Positions 39,409 through 48,622 of a stretch of 64,000 nt of DNA are shown one piece after another. The stretch is taken from positions 1 to 64,000 of the IMG/VR virus record IMGVR_UViG_3300020810_000992, one strand, 5' to 3'. The stretch's first letter is position 1. Each line of letters starts with the position of its first letter. The notes under the pieces are model-generated. The model worked only from the letters and a program-made list of their open reading frames with translations. It did not search any database and had not been told where the DNA came from. Both the position numbers and the translations under genes were made by a program. The stretch is from a virus.

Positions 39409-39743
39409 TATTTTTTTCCAGTGGAGTCAAATACTTGACTACGGCTTTGGTACTTGTTAACTAGGCTTTCTAGTTCTTTTGCTTGTTCTTCTGTAAGATT
39501 TTTATCTAGCAAATGTTTATGTTCTAGTACCATTGACAATTTCATATTCATACGAATCATGTCGTTATCTAACATTCGTACACGATCAACCAGTTTAATA
39601 AGTGTACCCATTGTTTCGCCTATAACTGGATCAATAGTTTCCGTTACCCAACCCCATATAAAGTAGATAAAATATCCCATGCCGCCCGCGGCAACAATAG
39701 GAAATCCTAAGTCTTTAATTGTTTGTGCTAGATCTAGCTCCAT
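39408..39743 (-). CDS. single-TM coiled-coil membrane protein (GFPI motif, paralog A)
   Basis: KDLGFPIVAA...RVRMLDNDMIR. Confidence 0.75.
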   Translation of the reverse strand: MELDLAQTIKDLGFPIVAAGGMGYFIYFIWGWVTETIDPVIGETMGTLIKLVDRVRMLDNDMIRMNMKLSMVLEHKHLLDKNLTEEQAKELESLVNKYQSRSQVFDSTGKK

Positions 39744-39963
39744 GTTTTTTGCCCTCTTCGTATTTCATTATTAGTGTTGATAAATGATCTGACTTTCTAA
39801 GTATACCGTTTTCGTCTACAACAAATACATCGCCAGGTCTATATAGTGCATTAGTTTTGGGGCTGCCGTCTCGATTCTTGCCCATAACTTCTCCAGGCCA
39901 ATCACCCTTGACAGTAAAACTACCGTCTGCAAAACTTTCTACATTATAGTCCATCCAAATCAT
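39715..39963 (-). CDS. hypothetical protein
   Basis: ORF 39715..40002; probable start MIWMDY. Confidence 0.6.
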   Translation of the reverse strand: MIWMDYNVESFADGSFTVKGDWPGEVMGKNRDGSPKTNALYRPGDVFVVDENGILRKSDHLSTLIMKYEEGKKHGARSSTNN

Positions 39964-39964
39964 T

Positions 39965-40165
39965 TTACTTACTTCCACCAATATATCCACCAATGACACC
40001 AATCAATCCTGTGACTGACATCTTCATTAGTGTAATAACACTTTCATCAACTGGTCTATTTTCTTCTAGTGCCACAATGTAGTCGCCTACAATAATAACA
40101 CCTAACAGTAACAGTACTCCAGATGTAATCATTAGTACTACAATATCTTTAAAGTTTTTAATCAT
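39965..40165 (-). CDS. two-TM small membrane protein (holin-like)
   Basis: Two hydrophobic helices; RBS AAGGA. Confidence 0.7.
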   Translation of the reverse strand: MIKNFKDIVVLMITSGVLLLLGVIIVGDYIVALEENRPVDESVITLMKMSVTGLIGVIGGYIGGSK

Positions 40166-40175
40166 AGTCTATTCC

Positions 40176-41012
40176 TTATTGCCTAATTGGTTTCTTTATA
40201 ATTGTTGGGAACGAATCTCGGTAATCAACTTTATAGATTGTTGGCACTTTAACTTTAAATTCATTACTAGTATAACCTAGATCTGAAGGCTTCAGCGTTA
40301 CAAACAGCGTTGTGTGATGTGTTCCGCTTCCCTCTCTCTTGTAACCACAATTAATAGCAAATTTAAATCCGTTTGTCGCATCAACAGTGTATGTTGTCAC
40401 AAGTTCTACGGCTGGATTGGTTTTGAGTTGGTAATTATTTACTCCCCACCACAATTCAAAACCTTCTGGATATACCTCTGGACTTTCGTCCCAATGAAAA
40501 GTGTAGATTCCTTTACTGGATTGCCCGGTTGTATCCGACTGGCTATGTTCATTGGTTTGTGAATGAGTGATCTCAGTACTACCTTCTACAGACAAATCGT
40601 CAGTGCCGACTTTGACCTTCACGCCTACTGTTACTGAGTTAGTGTATGATACACTGTTTGATGTAGTGCTTGACGAATCTACTACGGCTTCGTATGTATA
40701 GTGTTGCTGATGAACATTTTCATCTAGTGTGATTGGTTGTGGATAATTACTGAATCCGCCTGCGTTTTCTGTCCATGTTACAGTCATATTACTGTCGAAA
40801 TAATTCTGATACACATGGTTGTAATTGTCATCGAAAAAATACAGTGTAGATTGATCTGGATATACTCCCGAATTGTGGTAATGGTATTTTTTACCTTTGT
40901 CATGAGTCCAAGTTCTACAAGTATGCTCTGGTAATTTATATGTTCCACATTGTTTATTAGTTGCTCTATCTAAAAATTCTGCTACTAGTGCGTTCATGTT
41001 TTCGTAAATCAT
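40176..41012 (-). CDS. putative aerolysin/ETX-MTX2-type beta-pore-forming protein
   Basis: Ser/Thr-rich strands flanking an alternating hairpin SVTVGVKVKVG-TDD-LSVEGSTEITHS. Confidence 0.55.
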   Translation of the reverse strand: MIYENMNALVAEFLDRATNKQCGTYKLPEHTCRTWTHDKGKKYHYHNSGVYPDQSTLYFFDDNYNHVYQNYFDSNMTVTWTENAGGFSNYPQPITLDENVHQQHYTYEAVVDSSSTTSNSVSYTNSVTVGVKVKVGTDDLSVEGSTEITHSQTNEHSQSDTTGQSSKGIYTFHWDESPEVYPEGFELWWGVNNYQLKTNPAVELVTTYTVDATNGFKFAINCGYKREGSGTHHTTLFVTLKPSDLGYTSNEFKVKVPTIYKVDYRDSFPTIIKKPIRQ

Positions 41013-41033
41013 TTTGTTTCCTTTTTAAAGTTT

Positions 41034-41312
41034 TTAATCACGTCTTGCATCTTCTTTGCCTTCATTTGCCGCAATACGATCTACATTGGGTTTTACGCCT
41101 AATGAATATGATAATAGTGCATCAATTTTAACTAAATCGTTGTTCATAGTTTGAACTCGATTATCCAATTGTTTAATAATATTTTTGAGAGTAGTTACTG
41201 AGTCAGTAACTCCTGCTAAAATAAATTTTAATGTTAGAAAAACAAATCCGCCAGCTGCCAATGCGCCAGCGATTGGAAAACCAACATCTTTAGCTAATGT
41301 AAAAAAATCCAT
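41034..41312 (-). CDS. single-TM coiled-coil membrane protein (GFPI motif, paralog B)
   Basis: KDVGFPIAGA...RVQTMNNDLVK. Confidence 0.75.
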   Translation of the reverse strand: MDFFTLAKDVGFPIAGALAAGGFVFLTLKFILAGVTDSVTTLKNIIKQLDNRVQTMNNDLVKIDALLSYSLGVKPNVDRIAANEGKEDARRD

Positions 41313-41425
41313 AATTCATCCTTCACCTATGCTTATATTTACCATATTTGAGTGGCATATCTACTTGACATTATTAAATAATGATGTTACAATTAGACAT
41401 TAAACTACAAGGAGACACACAGTTT

Positions 41426-41959
41426 ATGATTGAAGGTTTTAAACCTCCGTGCGTAACTTTCCGCACACGAGTTAGAGATGAAAGTATTGAAGGACCAAAC
41501 CCATACCGTTGGGAAGATTTAAGAAGCGATGATCTTTTTAAAGGCAAAAGAGTTGTATTGTTTAGCTTACCAGGTGCATTTACACCTACTTGCTCTACAT
41601 ATCAACTACCAGGCTTTGAAGAAAATTATGACGCTATCCGTAATAATGATATTGACGAAGTATACTGTATTTCAGTTAACGATGCATTTGTTATGAATGC
41701 TTGGGCTAAATCACAGAATATTCAAAATGTAAAAGTTATTCCAGACGGTTCAGGAAACTTTACTCGTTTTATGGGTATGTTGATTGGTAAAAACCATTTA
41801 GGATTTGGTTTGCGCAGTTGGCGTTATATGTGTATCATTAACGACGGTGTAGTTGAAAAGTGGTGGCAGGAACCTGGCATCAACAACGAAGGCACTGATA
41901 ATGATCCATACGAAGAGTCTACCCCAGATAATTGTTTAAACTATCTGCAAGGACAATAA
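41426..41959 (+). CDS. peroxiredoxin (Prx5-like)
   Basis: FSLPGAFTPTCS, SVNDAFVM, DGSGNFT, RSWRY. Confidence 0.95.
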   Translation: MIEGFKPPCVTFRTRVRDESIEGPNPYRWEDLRSDDLFKGKRVVLFSLPGAFTPTCSTYQLPGFEENYDAIRNNDIDEVYCISVNDAFVMNAWAKSQNIQNVKVIPDGSGNFTRFMGMLIGKNHLGFGLRSWRYMCIINDGVVEKWWQEPGINNEGTDNDPYEESTPDNCLNYLQGQ

Positions 41960-42169
41960 ATGAGCGGCCAGCGCAGATATCTTAGAGTCTGGGCTCGTAC
42001 AGTTGGAATGCCAATTGGTATTACAGATGACGATAAGCCGGAGTTTCTTCCTATATCACAAGATGATGTAAGAAAGGCTCTGGCTTTTCGTACCTTTTGG
42101 ATTATACTGCATATTGTTACCTGTGTGATGATTATCGCAGGTAACGGTAGAAACTTAGGATTTTGGTAA
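41960..42169 (+). CDS. small membrane protein
   Basis: TAAATG coupling; C-terminal TM. Confidence 0.7.
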   Translation: MSGQRRYLRVWARTVGMPIGITDDDKPEFLPISQDDVRKALAFRTFWIILHIVTCVMIIAGNGRNLGFW

Positions 42170-42618
42170 TGTTAAAAAAATTAAATATTAAAGATGTGCT
42201 AGAACTAATCGAGGATGATCCTGTTCGACCACATATTACAGCGGAAGATCGTACACGGAATGGTCGTGAAGTATATGCATTATATGAAGACCAATATGCT
42301 ACAGAAGCACCTGTGCTACACGAAGGTCCACGGGCAGTCATTTGTGTAGCATATACTAGTGAAGTTCCAACAAACGAAGATGATTTAAACAATATAGGAA
42401 CAGATATTGCAGTATTTTATACCGTTTGGAGTTACGAAAAAGGTGCAGGAAGAGACATTGTATTTACTGTTGCAGAACATATTAAATCACAATATCCAGA
42501 TGTAAAACGATACGTAACATTAAGCCCGTTAACAGAAATGGCTAAGAATTTTCACCTAAAAAATGGTGCAAAATTTATTGCAAAACACTTAAATTGCCAA
42601 AATTTTGAGTATTTTTAA
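42169..42618 (+). CDS. protein resembling the malonyl-CoA decarboxylase catalytic (GNAT-like) core
   Basis: AVICVAYT...AVFYTVWS...YPDVKRYVTLSP. Confidence 0.5.
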   Translation: MLKKLNIKDVLELIEDDPVRPHITAEDRTRNGREVYALYEDQYATEAPVLHEGPRAVICVAYTSEVPTNEDDLNNIGTDIAVFYTVWSYEKGAGRDIVFTVAEHIKSQYPDVKRYVTLSPLTEMAKNFHLKNGAKFIAKHLNCQNFEYF

Positions 42619-42695
42619 GAATTTTTACCAAAAACGCTTGACATAAATAGTAGTAGTTGTTATAATAGTGTATAAACATTATAAGGCTACTTACT

Positions 42696-43136
42696 ATGAA
42701 CCAAATCGAAACTATTGGTGGAACAGCTAGACAGCGCCGGTATGCTAGGTCTATAGTTGAGTTTTGTATTAAAAATTTGATGCCACGTATGCACACACTT
42801 GACATCACTATAAAACTCTGCAAGCCAGACGGAGCATTGGGCTATTGCTTAGAGGCTGATAACAATCGAACTTTTGAAATTGAAATTGATAAAACTCAAT
42901 CACTACGTGCTTTGCTAGAAACTGTAGCACACGAAATGGTACATGTTAAGCAGTTTGCTCGCAGAGAAATGCATCCTTCAAAAGACGAATGGTATGGTAA
43001 AACTTATAATCCTAAAAAAGTAAGTTACTGGGATCTTCCTTGGGAGATCGAAGCACACGGTCGCGAAGTAGGTTTGTTTATCCGTTGGGCTGAATACCAC
43101 AAACTTGCTGATAAGAAATGGACACAAGATAATTAA
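42696..43136 (+). CDS. zincin-like metallopeptidase
   Basis: AHEMVHVKQ (HExxH) and PWEIEA. Confidence 0.85.
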   Translation: MNQIETIGGTARQRRYARSIVEFCIKNLMPRMHTLDITIKLCKPDGALGYCLEADNNRTFEIEIDKTQSLRALLETVAHEMVHVKQFARREMHPSKDEWYGKTYNPKKVSYWDLPWEIEAHGREVGLFIRWAEYHKLADKKWTQDN

Positions 43137-43174
43137 TATTACATGCGAACATTGGTTAACGAAGGAGGAGTAAC

Positions 43175-44221
43175 ATGCCGCAAAAAATTACAGCTGAAAT
43201 CTCAGCACAAGAATTTCAAGACAGTTTTGGATTTGCAGAAGAAAGCGGATTGTACAATGATCCGCTGTTTAGACTTGTTGTAAACAAGTTTGGACGTTGT
43301 TATTGGCTATTGGCTCATGACAATTTGCAAGGTCCACGTTTTAGTGGTAACAATGTTTATTACCAAGGAAACAACTCTCGTCTAATTAGAACAATCTATC
43401 CTAATGCAAAACGCATTATTGATGTTGGTGCTAACGTAGGCAACAATACTATTGCATATAGTGAATGGGCAGAAAATGTTGAATCATTTGAGCCTACACC
43501 TACTACACTTAAAATGTTAAAAGCAAACATTGCTATTGCTCAAAAACAAAAATTAAAGGGTGTATATTGGAAAGGTACTGACGAAGCAGGTAACGTCTTT
43601 AGAGATGAAGATGCAACTGCTGGTTGGTATACTTACAAAGGTGTACATCAAAATATGGCTGTTGTTGCAAATGTTACAGTACATGAAGTTGCCGCAACTA
43701 ATCGTAATGAAGGTACTATTGATATTTTAGATCATACTGATCACGGTGGACACAATCACGTTGTACTAGATAGCTCAAACGTTAAACTACGAGATAGTCA
43801 AAACTTAGTGCCTGTTCCGGCACGTACAATTGATAGTTATAATTTTGAAGATGTAGATGCAATTAAAATTGATGTTGAAGGTAGTGAATTACTAGTTATA
43901 CAAGGCGCAAAAGATACAATTGATCGCTGTCGTCCTAGTGTACAAGTTGAAATTGTACCTAAGCAGTGCAACTTGTTTGGTTATGAGCCTCAAGATTTAT
44001 ACGACTTCTTTGCAGATCGCGATTATGTTTGTGTAAGTGCAGTAAGACGTCCTGCAAATGCTGATCAGCGCGGAATGTTTTTTGGTAAAGATATTGGAAT
44101 GAAGCATCAACAAATCAAAAAGTATATGGATAGATTATTCGTACCACGCGAAGTACACCTAGCAACAGATTATGGTGCAATGGAACAAGCAAATAACAAT
44201 TTTGGACAATTATTCGATTGA
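43175..44221 (+). CDS. FkbM-family methyltransferase
   Basis: IIDVGANVG, SFEP, IKIDVEGSE..VIQGA. Confidence 0.88.
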   Translation: MPQKITAEISAQEFQDSFGFAEESGLYNDPLFRLVVNKFGRCYWLLAHDNLQGPRFSGNNVYYQGNNSRLIRTIYPNAKRIIDVGANVGNNTIAYSEWAENVESFEPTPTTLKMLKANIAIAQKQKLKGVYWKGTDEAGNVFRDEDATAGWYTYKGVHQNMAVVANVTVHEVAATNRNEGTIDILDHTDHGGHNHVVLDSSNVKLRDSQNLVPVPARTIDSYNFEDVDAIKIDVEGSELLVIQGAKDTIDRCRPSVQVEIVPKQCNLFGYEPQDLYDFFADRDYVCVSAVRRPANADQRGMFFGKDIGMKHQQIKKYMDRLFVPREVHLATDYGAMEQANNNFGQLFD

Positions 44222-44342
44222 CATTATTCGATTAATATCGTATACTGTATAGACAATGAGGCAATAAGTCAATAGTGATGAGCCTGTTGTATATGGAACA
44301 TAGAAACGTTCCGATAATTTAAACAGTCTAAGGAAACAAACA

Positions 44343-45791
44343 ATGAAAGAACCATACGTAAGTCTATTCAATTATGTAGACAACTGGAAAAAGTCAATCA
44401 ACTTTGGATATGCTGACAGCATTAAATCTGCCTACGGAGAAGATCTTTCAATCTTCTTTGGTCCGGAAGAAGAACGAACACCTATCAAATTTTTAGAGCC
44501 TGAAGATTATCAGCGTAAACTATCGCTGATCAAACGTGCAACTATTCCTAATTTGAATGTTAGCAAAGGTGCCCTTAACCTTGAGTCAATGGGTACAGTA
44601 GACTTTGTTACTGCATTTAAAATGGCACTTGATGCTATGCACAGTATCATTGATCCTGAAACAGGCAAACCTGTACTTTACGGTGTACAACTACAAGCAT
44701 ATAACTTAGAAGAAGCAGTCATGAATGGACTTGCTGTAGATCAAAGTCTTGTTGCTATGAACATGAAAGCACAACGAGTAATTTACTTGTGGCGTATGTT
44801 TGAGATTGCAATGAACTTTGACAGCAGTCTTGTGTTTGGTGCAAAAGGGCGTTATGCCGCAGACGAAGAACGTGTGTTCCTTAATGATGGTATGCAGGGT
44901 TCAATGGCACTAGCACTTCATGGAGTAAAAACTCTTATTGTAGGCTTTAGTATGAAAGACATGCCTTATATTGACTTTAACCAGTTCTTGGCTTGTAATG
45001 CAGATGTTGTTCCTATTACAGATTATGACTTTGTAAAAGTTCGTAACAACAGAGCAATGGAAATGCTAAAAGCAGGGCTTGATGTTAAACTAGAAGATCA
45101 GCCAGCATATAATTTGTCAAAGGTACTTAGTGATGTAAACATTACACTAGTACCAGAAAGTGCAACACCTGGTGCAGGCGAAACAAAACACACTGCTCAT
45201 ATGCAAAAGCATTTCAAAGAGTTTTGTAAAGACAGCTACTCTAACCGTTTTGCATTCCAAATGGCGCTTAAATGTGTACGCAATGCTTGGCACTTCTCAG
45301 CAATTGATCATGCACCAGTATGGGGACTAACTGAACTGTTTAGTCAAATGCCTAAGAAAGCAGTAACAGACGATCTGCTTATTAAGATTGGTCAAGTAAT
45401 GAGCGAGCGTTGGAGTTCAAGTAGTAAGGTATGGGGCGATGTACTTAAATCTATTCGCGATCAGTATCCTGAAAAGACCAAAAGCGGCAAGTATACTGAG
45501 TGGAAAGATCATCGTTATACAGCAGGTGTAAACCGAGGACTGATGATTGCGGCTTCAATTAAATCGTTAATTGACAATCGCGAAGCATATATTCAATCAC
45601 AGCCTGGCAAACAAAAAGGCTACGATATTAAACTTCCTACTCCTAGCAAAGGCGGATTAGATTTTGAAATTGATATGCCGTATGTGTTTACTGATGCTGG
45701 AGGTAAAGTTGCAGAGTTTACTCATGCAGTTACTAAGACAAAGAAAGAAGTAGATAAAGTAGAAGACGATAAGTTTGCGGAGTTCATGTAA
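44343..45791 (+). CDS. hypothetical 482-aa protein, possible ParB/Srx-like domain
   Basis: VFLNDGMQG resembles the ParB-like DGQH motif; own sigma70 promoter. Confidence 0.6.
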   Translation: MKEPYVSLFNYVDNWKKSINFGYADSIKSAYGEDLSIFFGPEEERTPIKFLEPEDYQRKLSLIKRATIPNLNVSKGALNLESMGTVDFVTAFKMALDAMHSIIDPETGKPVLYGVQLQAYNLEEAVMNGLAVDQSLVAMNMKAQRVIYLWRMFEIAMNFDSSLVFGAKGRYAADEERVFLNDGMQGSMALALHGVKTLIVGFSMKDMPYIDFNQFLACNADVVPITDYDFVKVRNNRAMEMLKAGLDVKLEDQPAYNLSKVLSDVNITLVPESATPGAGETKHTAHMQKHFKEFCKDSYSNRFAFQMALKCVRNAWHFSAIDHAPVWGLTELFSQMPKKAVTDDLLIKIGQVMSERWSSSSKVWGDVLKSIRDQYPEKTKSGKYTEWKDHRYTAGVNRGLMIAASIKSLIDNREAYIQSQPGKQKGYDIKLPTPSKGGLDFEIDMPYVFTDAGGKVAEFTHAVTKTKKEVDKVEDDKFAEFM

Positions 45792-46252
45792 TGGCAGACT
45801 TGGTTCAAGTTAGAGAAGAGGGCCTTCGGGCTCTCTCCTCACGCAAGTTTCATCCACAAGATGATAGTAGAACTTACGGAACATTTTTTGAAATGTTTAA
45901 AAAATCTACCAAACAGGATCAGTTCTTAAAACTTATTTGGGCACACTCAGTTAAGTGGGAAGGTGATCCGTTTGAACTTGCTCGTATTGCTCCAGACGAA
46001 TGTCCTATTTTTGGCACGCCGTTAGACTACGGACGCGGATTTAATAAAGTTACAAATCCTAATATTGATAATTATGACGGATTTTTTCAACCAACAGTAG
46101 ATCACAAACTTGCTAGATCACTTGGCGGCAAAGACGAAATTAGTAACTATGTAATTGTTTGTCGTAAAGCAAACCAATTTAAAAGTGATATGGGATCTAA
46201 AGAAGAATTGGATACGTTCTACAAAGGAATGGTTGACATTTATTTTAGTTGA
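45791..46252 (+). CDS. HNH endonuclease-like protein
   Basis: CPIFG...PTVDHK...GGKDEISN..IVCRKAN.FK. Confidence 0.8.
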   Translation: MADLVQVREEGLRALSSRKFHPQDDSRTYGTFFEMFKKSTKQDQFLKLIWAHSVKWEGDPFELARIAPDECPIFGTPLDYGRGFNKVTNPNIDNYDGFFQPTVDHKLARSLGGKDEISNYVIVCRKANQFKSDMGSKEELDTFYKGMVDIYFS

Positions 46253-46270
46253 TGCTATAGTATAAACATA

Positions 46271-47020
46271 ATGTTACTTCAAGAGGCAAATACAATGATG
46301 GAACTTCAACGTAAGGCATTACCTTTGAAACAAGTTAGTACAGTAGATGCACTAGCAGTTGCATATGCGGCTTACCGCATTAACAACAATACTTACAGTA
46401 AAGACACTCGTCGCTTCTCAGAAGAAACACCTACTCAATTTGACAACAAGAGTCTTGTGCGGTACTACTGGGAAAAGAAACACAATGTAGCAGAAGCACA
46501 ATGGATTCCTACAGACTTCGTAATGTTTGAGCCCACTGAAGAAGACTATGCTAGTGTACAAGAAGCACTCAAGTGGATGAAGCGTTATGTAATGATTGGC
46601 TTAGGTGAGCTAGACAGCTTCAAAGCAGATATGGTTACAGAACTTAACAAAGAACAAGTACCGTTTAAGGGTATGGGTCGTATTGCCTTTGCGCCAGAGT
46701 TTATCAAGCGTGATATGCATGAAAGCAATCTTAAGAAAGAGATCCGTGTAGAGTATCGCGATAGCCAATACTTAGGCAAAGAAAAGGATAGTGTAGAAGC
46801 AGTGATTGCTATCCTTGACAAGCGTTATAGCACACAATGGGAGAGCTATAACTACACAGCAGTTACTACAGAAGGTAACCTAGTGAGCTTTATGAACAAG
46901 TTTGCATATGATGTAGGCGCTATGCTACGCTGTAAGGCTAAGGTAAAAGCACAGACTAAGAACAAGTTGTTCGAAGCAAACGAAACTAGACTAAATTACG
47001 TTAAACTTTATAAGGTGTAA
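46271..47020 (+). CDS. hypothetical protein with probable C-terminal OB fold
   Basis: C-terminal beta-rich region ending ETRLNYVK. Confidence 0.7.
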   Translation: MLLQEANTMMELQRKALPLKQVSTVDALAVAYAAYRINNNTYSKDTRRFSEETPTQFDNKSLVRYYWEKKHNVAEAQWIPTDFVMFEPTEEDYASVQEALKWMKRYVMIGLGELDSFKADMVTELNKEQVPFKGMGRIAFAPEFIKRDMHESNLKKEIRVEYRDSQYLGKEKDSVEAVIAILDKRYSTQWESYNYTAVTTEGNLVSFMNKFAYDVGAMLRCKAKVKAQTKNKLFEANETRLNYVKLYKV

Positions 47021-47022
47021 AA

Positions 47023-47250
47023 ATGAAAACTAAATTTGATAATACGTGTACAGTTACATGTACACATAACGATAATGTTGTAGAAGGCGAAGTTGATAAT
47101 TTTAGAGAAAAAGATTCGATGAGCGTATATATTGCAACAAACAAAATCCATTTTAAATGGAATGGAAAAACTTATGTAGGAAATATGGCAGGTATGGAAT
47201 TTACTACACCTGGTCCAACTGCATATTCATACAATGAAGGGAGACGATAA
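47023..47250 (+). CDS. hypothetical protein
   Basis: RBS AAGGT; 75 aa. Confidence 0.7.
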   Translation: MKTKFDNTCTVTCTHNDNVVEGEVDNFREKDSMSVYIATNKIHFKWNGKTYVGNMAGMEFTTPGPTAYSYNEGRR

Positions 47251-47251
47251 T

Positions 47252-47869
47252 ATGCCACTAGTACCAATGGTGATTGAAAAAGAAGCTCGCGGAGAGCGTT
47301 CATACGATATTTACAGTCGTTTGATGAAAGACCGTATTGTTATGCTAAACGGTCCAGTAGAAGATCATATGGCAAATCTAATCGTGGCGCAGTTGTTGTT
47401 CCTTGAATCAGAAGCACCTACTAAAGATATTAGTTTGTATATTAACTCGCCGGGCGGTGCAGTTACAGCAGGACTTGCTATCTACGACACCATGCAGTAC
47501 ATTAAGAGCGATGTGCGTACTATTGTAATGGGTCAAGCATGTTCAATGGGTTCATTCCTAGCACAAGCAGGTGCCGCAGGTAAGCGCATTGTGCTACCAG
47601 AAAGCCGTACAATGATCCATCGTGTTAGCTCAGGCACACGTGGTACAAGCGGTAGTGTGTATGTACAAGAGCTAGAGTTTGAAGATGCTCGTCGTTCTAT
47701 GGAAGAATCAAAGAAAGTAAACAAGCGTCTTACAGAGTTGTATGTTAAGCACAATACGGCAAATAAGACGTATGAAGAAATGGCCGAGACTATGAAGTTC
47801 GATACATTCCTTACTGCACAAGAAGCAGTAGAATGGGGACTTGCAGATTCAGTAGCGGAGAAACGATAA
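47252..47869 (+). CDS. clpP: ATP-dependent Clp protease proteolytic subunit
   Basis: [26 protein letters not shown] (catalytic Ser), MIH, D.FLTAQEA.EWGL.D. Confidence 0.96.
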   Translation: MPLVPMVIEKEARGERSYDIYSRLMKDRIVMLNGPVEDHMANLIVAQLLFLESEAPTKDISLYINSPGGAVTAGLAIYDTMQYIKSDVRTIVMGQACSMGSFLAQAGAAGKRIVLPESRTMIHRVSSGTRGTSGSVYVQELEFEDARRSMEESKKVNKRLTELYVKHNTANKTYEEMAETMKFDTFLTAQEAVEWGLADSVAEKR

Positions 47870-48057
47870 TGCAAGTGCAACCTAAAGATACAAGCAAGGG
47901 ACACTTTTATGTGAGTCTTGCTAAGAGTGCTCTGAGACTAATTGGCGCAAGTTGTTTTATTGGTTTAGGGTATTTTCTAAGTCTTCCTTTAATGTTAGTG
48001 GGCGGTGTACTACTATTTGCCGCAGAAGTGCTAGGCATTGTTGAGGAGTTGGTATGA
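47869..48057 (+). CDS. small membrane protein
   Basis: TAATG coupling; two hydrophobic segments. Confidence 0.7.
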   Translation: MQVQPKDTSKGHFYVSLAKSALRLIGASCFIGLGYFLSLPLMLVGGVLLFAAEVLGIVEELV

Positions 48058-48236
48058 GCGATGGAGGTAAAGGCAGTGGAAGAAGAAAAGGTGCAGACGA
48101 TGAAAAATACAGAAACAACTACGACAGAATCTTTGGTAAGCGAGACAGTAGCGAACCTAAAGGGGATTCCGACACGAGAAGAACTAATGGAGATGCTCCA
48201 CAAGGAAGTATTGGAAATAACATTCCTAAAACTTGA
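48054..48236 (+). CDS. small hypothetical protein
   Basis: RBS GAGGAG; MSDGGKGSGRR...YRNNYDRIFGK; overlaps the next gene. Confidence 0.55.
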   Translation: MSDGGKGSGRRKGADDEKYRNNYDRIFGKRDSSEPKGDSDTRRTNGDAPQGSIGNNIPKT

Positions 48237-48459
48237 CGGTGATGAACGTACAATGCCTTGTACACTTATTCCAAGTTATCTCCCTCCTGCTAAAAAAGAC
48301 GCTCCGTTGACTCAAAAGAAAGTTCGAGAGATTTCAGACAAGGTTGTAGCAGTTTGGGCATTAGAGAGTAATGCCTTTCGTAGCTTCCGTTATGATCGTG
48401 TAAAAGAGGTAAAGGTACTCGAAGGTCTATGGAGAGGCACAACTGATGAAAACGTATAA
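48061..48459 (+). CDS. WYL_2/Sm-like SH3 beta-barrel protein (start may be 48100)
   Basis: ITFLKLDGDERTMPCTL...VW.LESNAFRSFRYD. Confidence 0.75.
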   Translation: MEVKAVEEEKVQTMKNTETTTTESLVSETVANLKGIPTREELMEMLHKEVLEITFLKLDGDERTMPCTLIPSYLPPAKKDAPLTQKKVREISDKVVAVWALESNAFRSFRYDRVKEVKVLEGLWRGTTDENV

Positions 48460-48622
48460 GTACGAAGACTTATTTTCAGACATTCCAGATGATCCTGAAA
48501 ATGTGTTGCTAACTTTTCCTCCTGAGATTATGGAAGAAGCAGGATGGAAAGAAGGCGATACACTTAGATTTGAAGTAGTCAATGGCGGCCTTTCAATTAT
48601 AAAGGTTGACAATGTTTCATAA
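48446..48622 (+). CDS. AbrB/MazE-like small DNA-binding protein (not in ORF track)
   Basis: RBS GGAG/GAGG; LLTFPPEIMEEAGWKEGDTLRFEV. Confidence 0.7.
   Translation: MKTYKYEDLFSDIPDDPENVLLTFPPEIMEEAGWKEGDTLRFEVVNGGLSIIKVDNVS

Noticed and set aside
44206-44232. Short direct repeat ATTATTCGATT x2
   Set aside because: Only two copies, overlapping a stop codon and a -35 box; may be chance or an operator, with too little support
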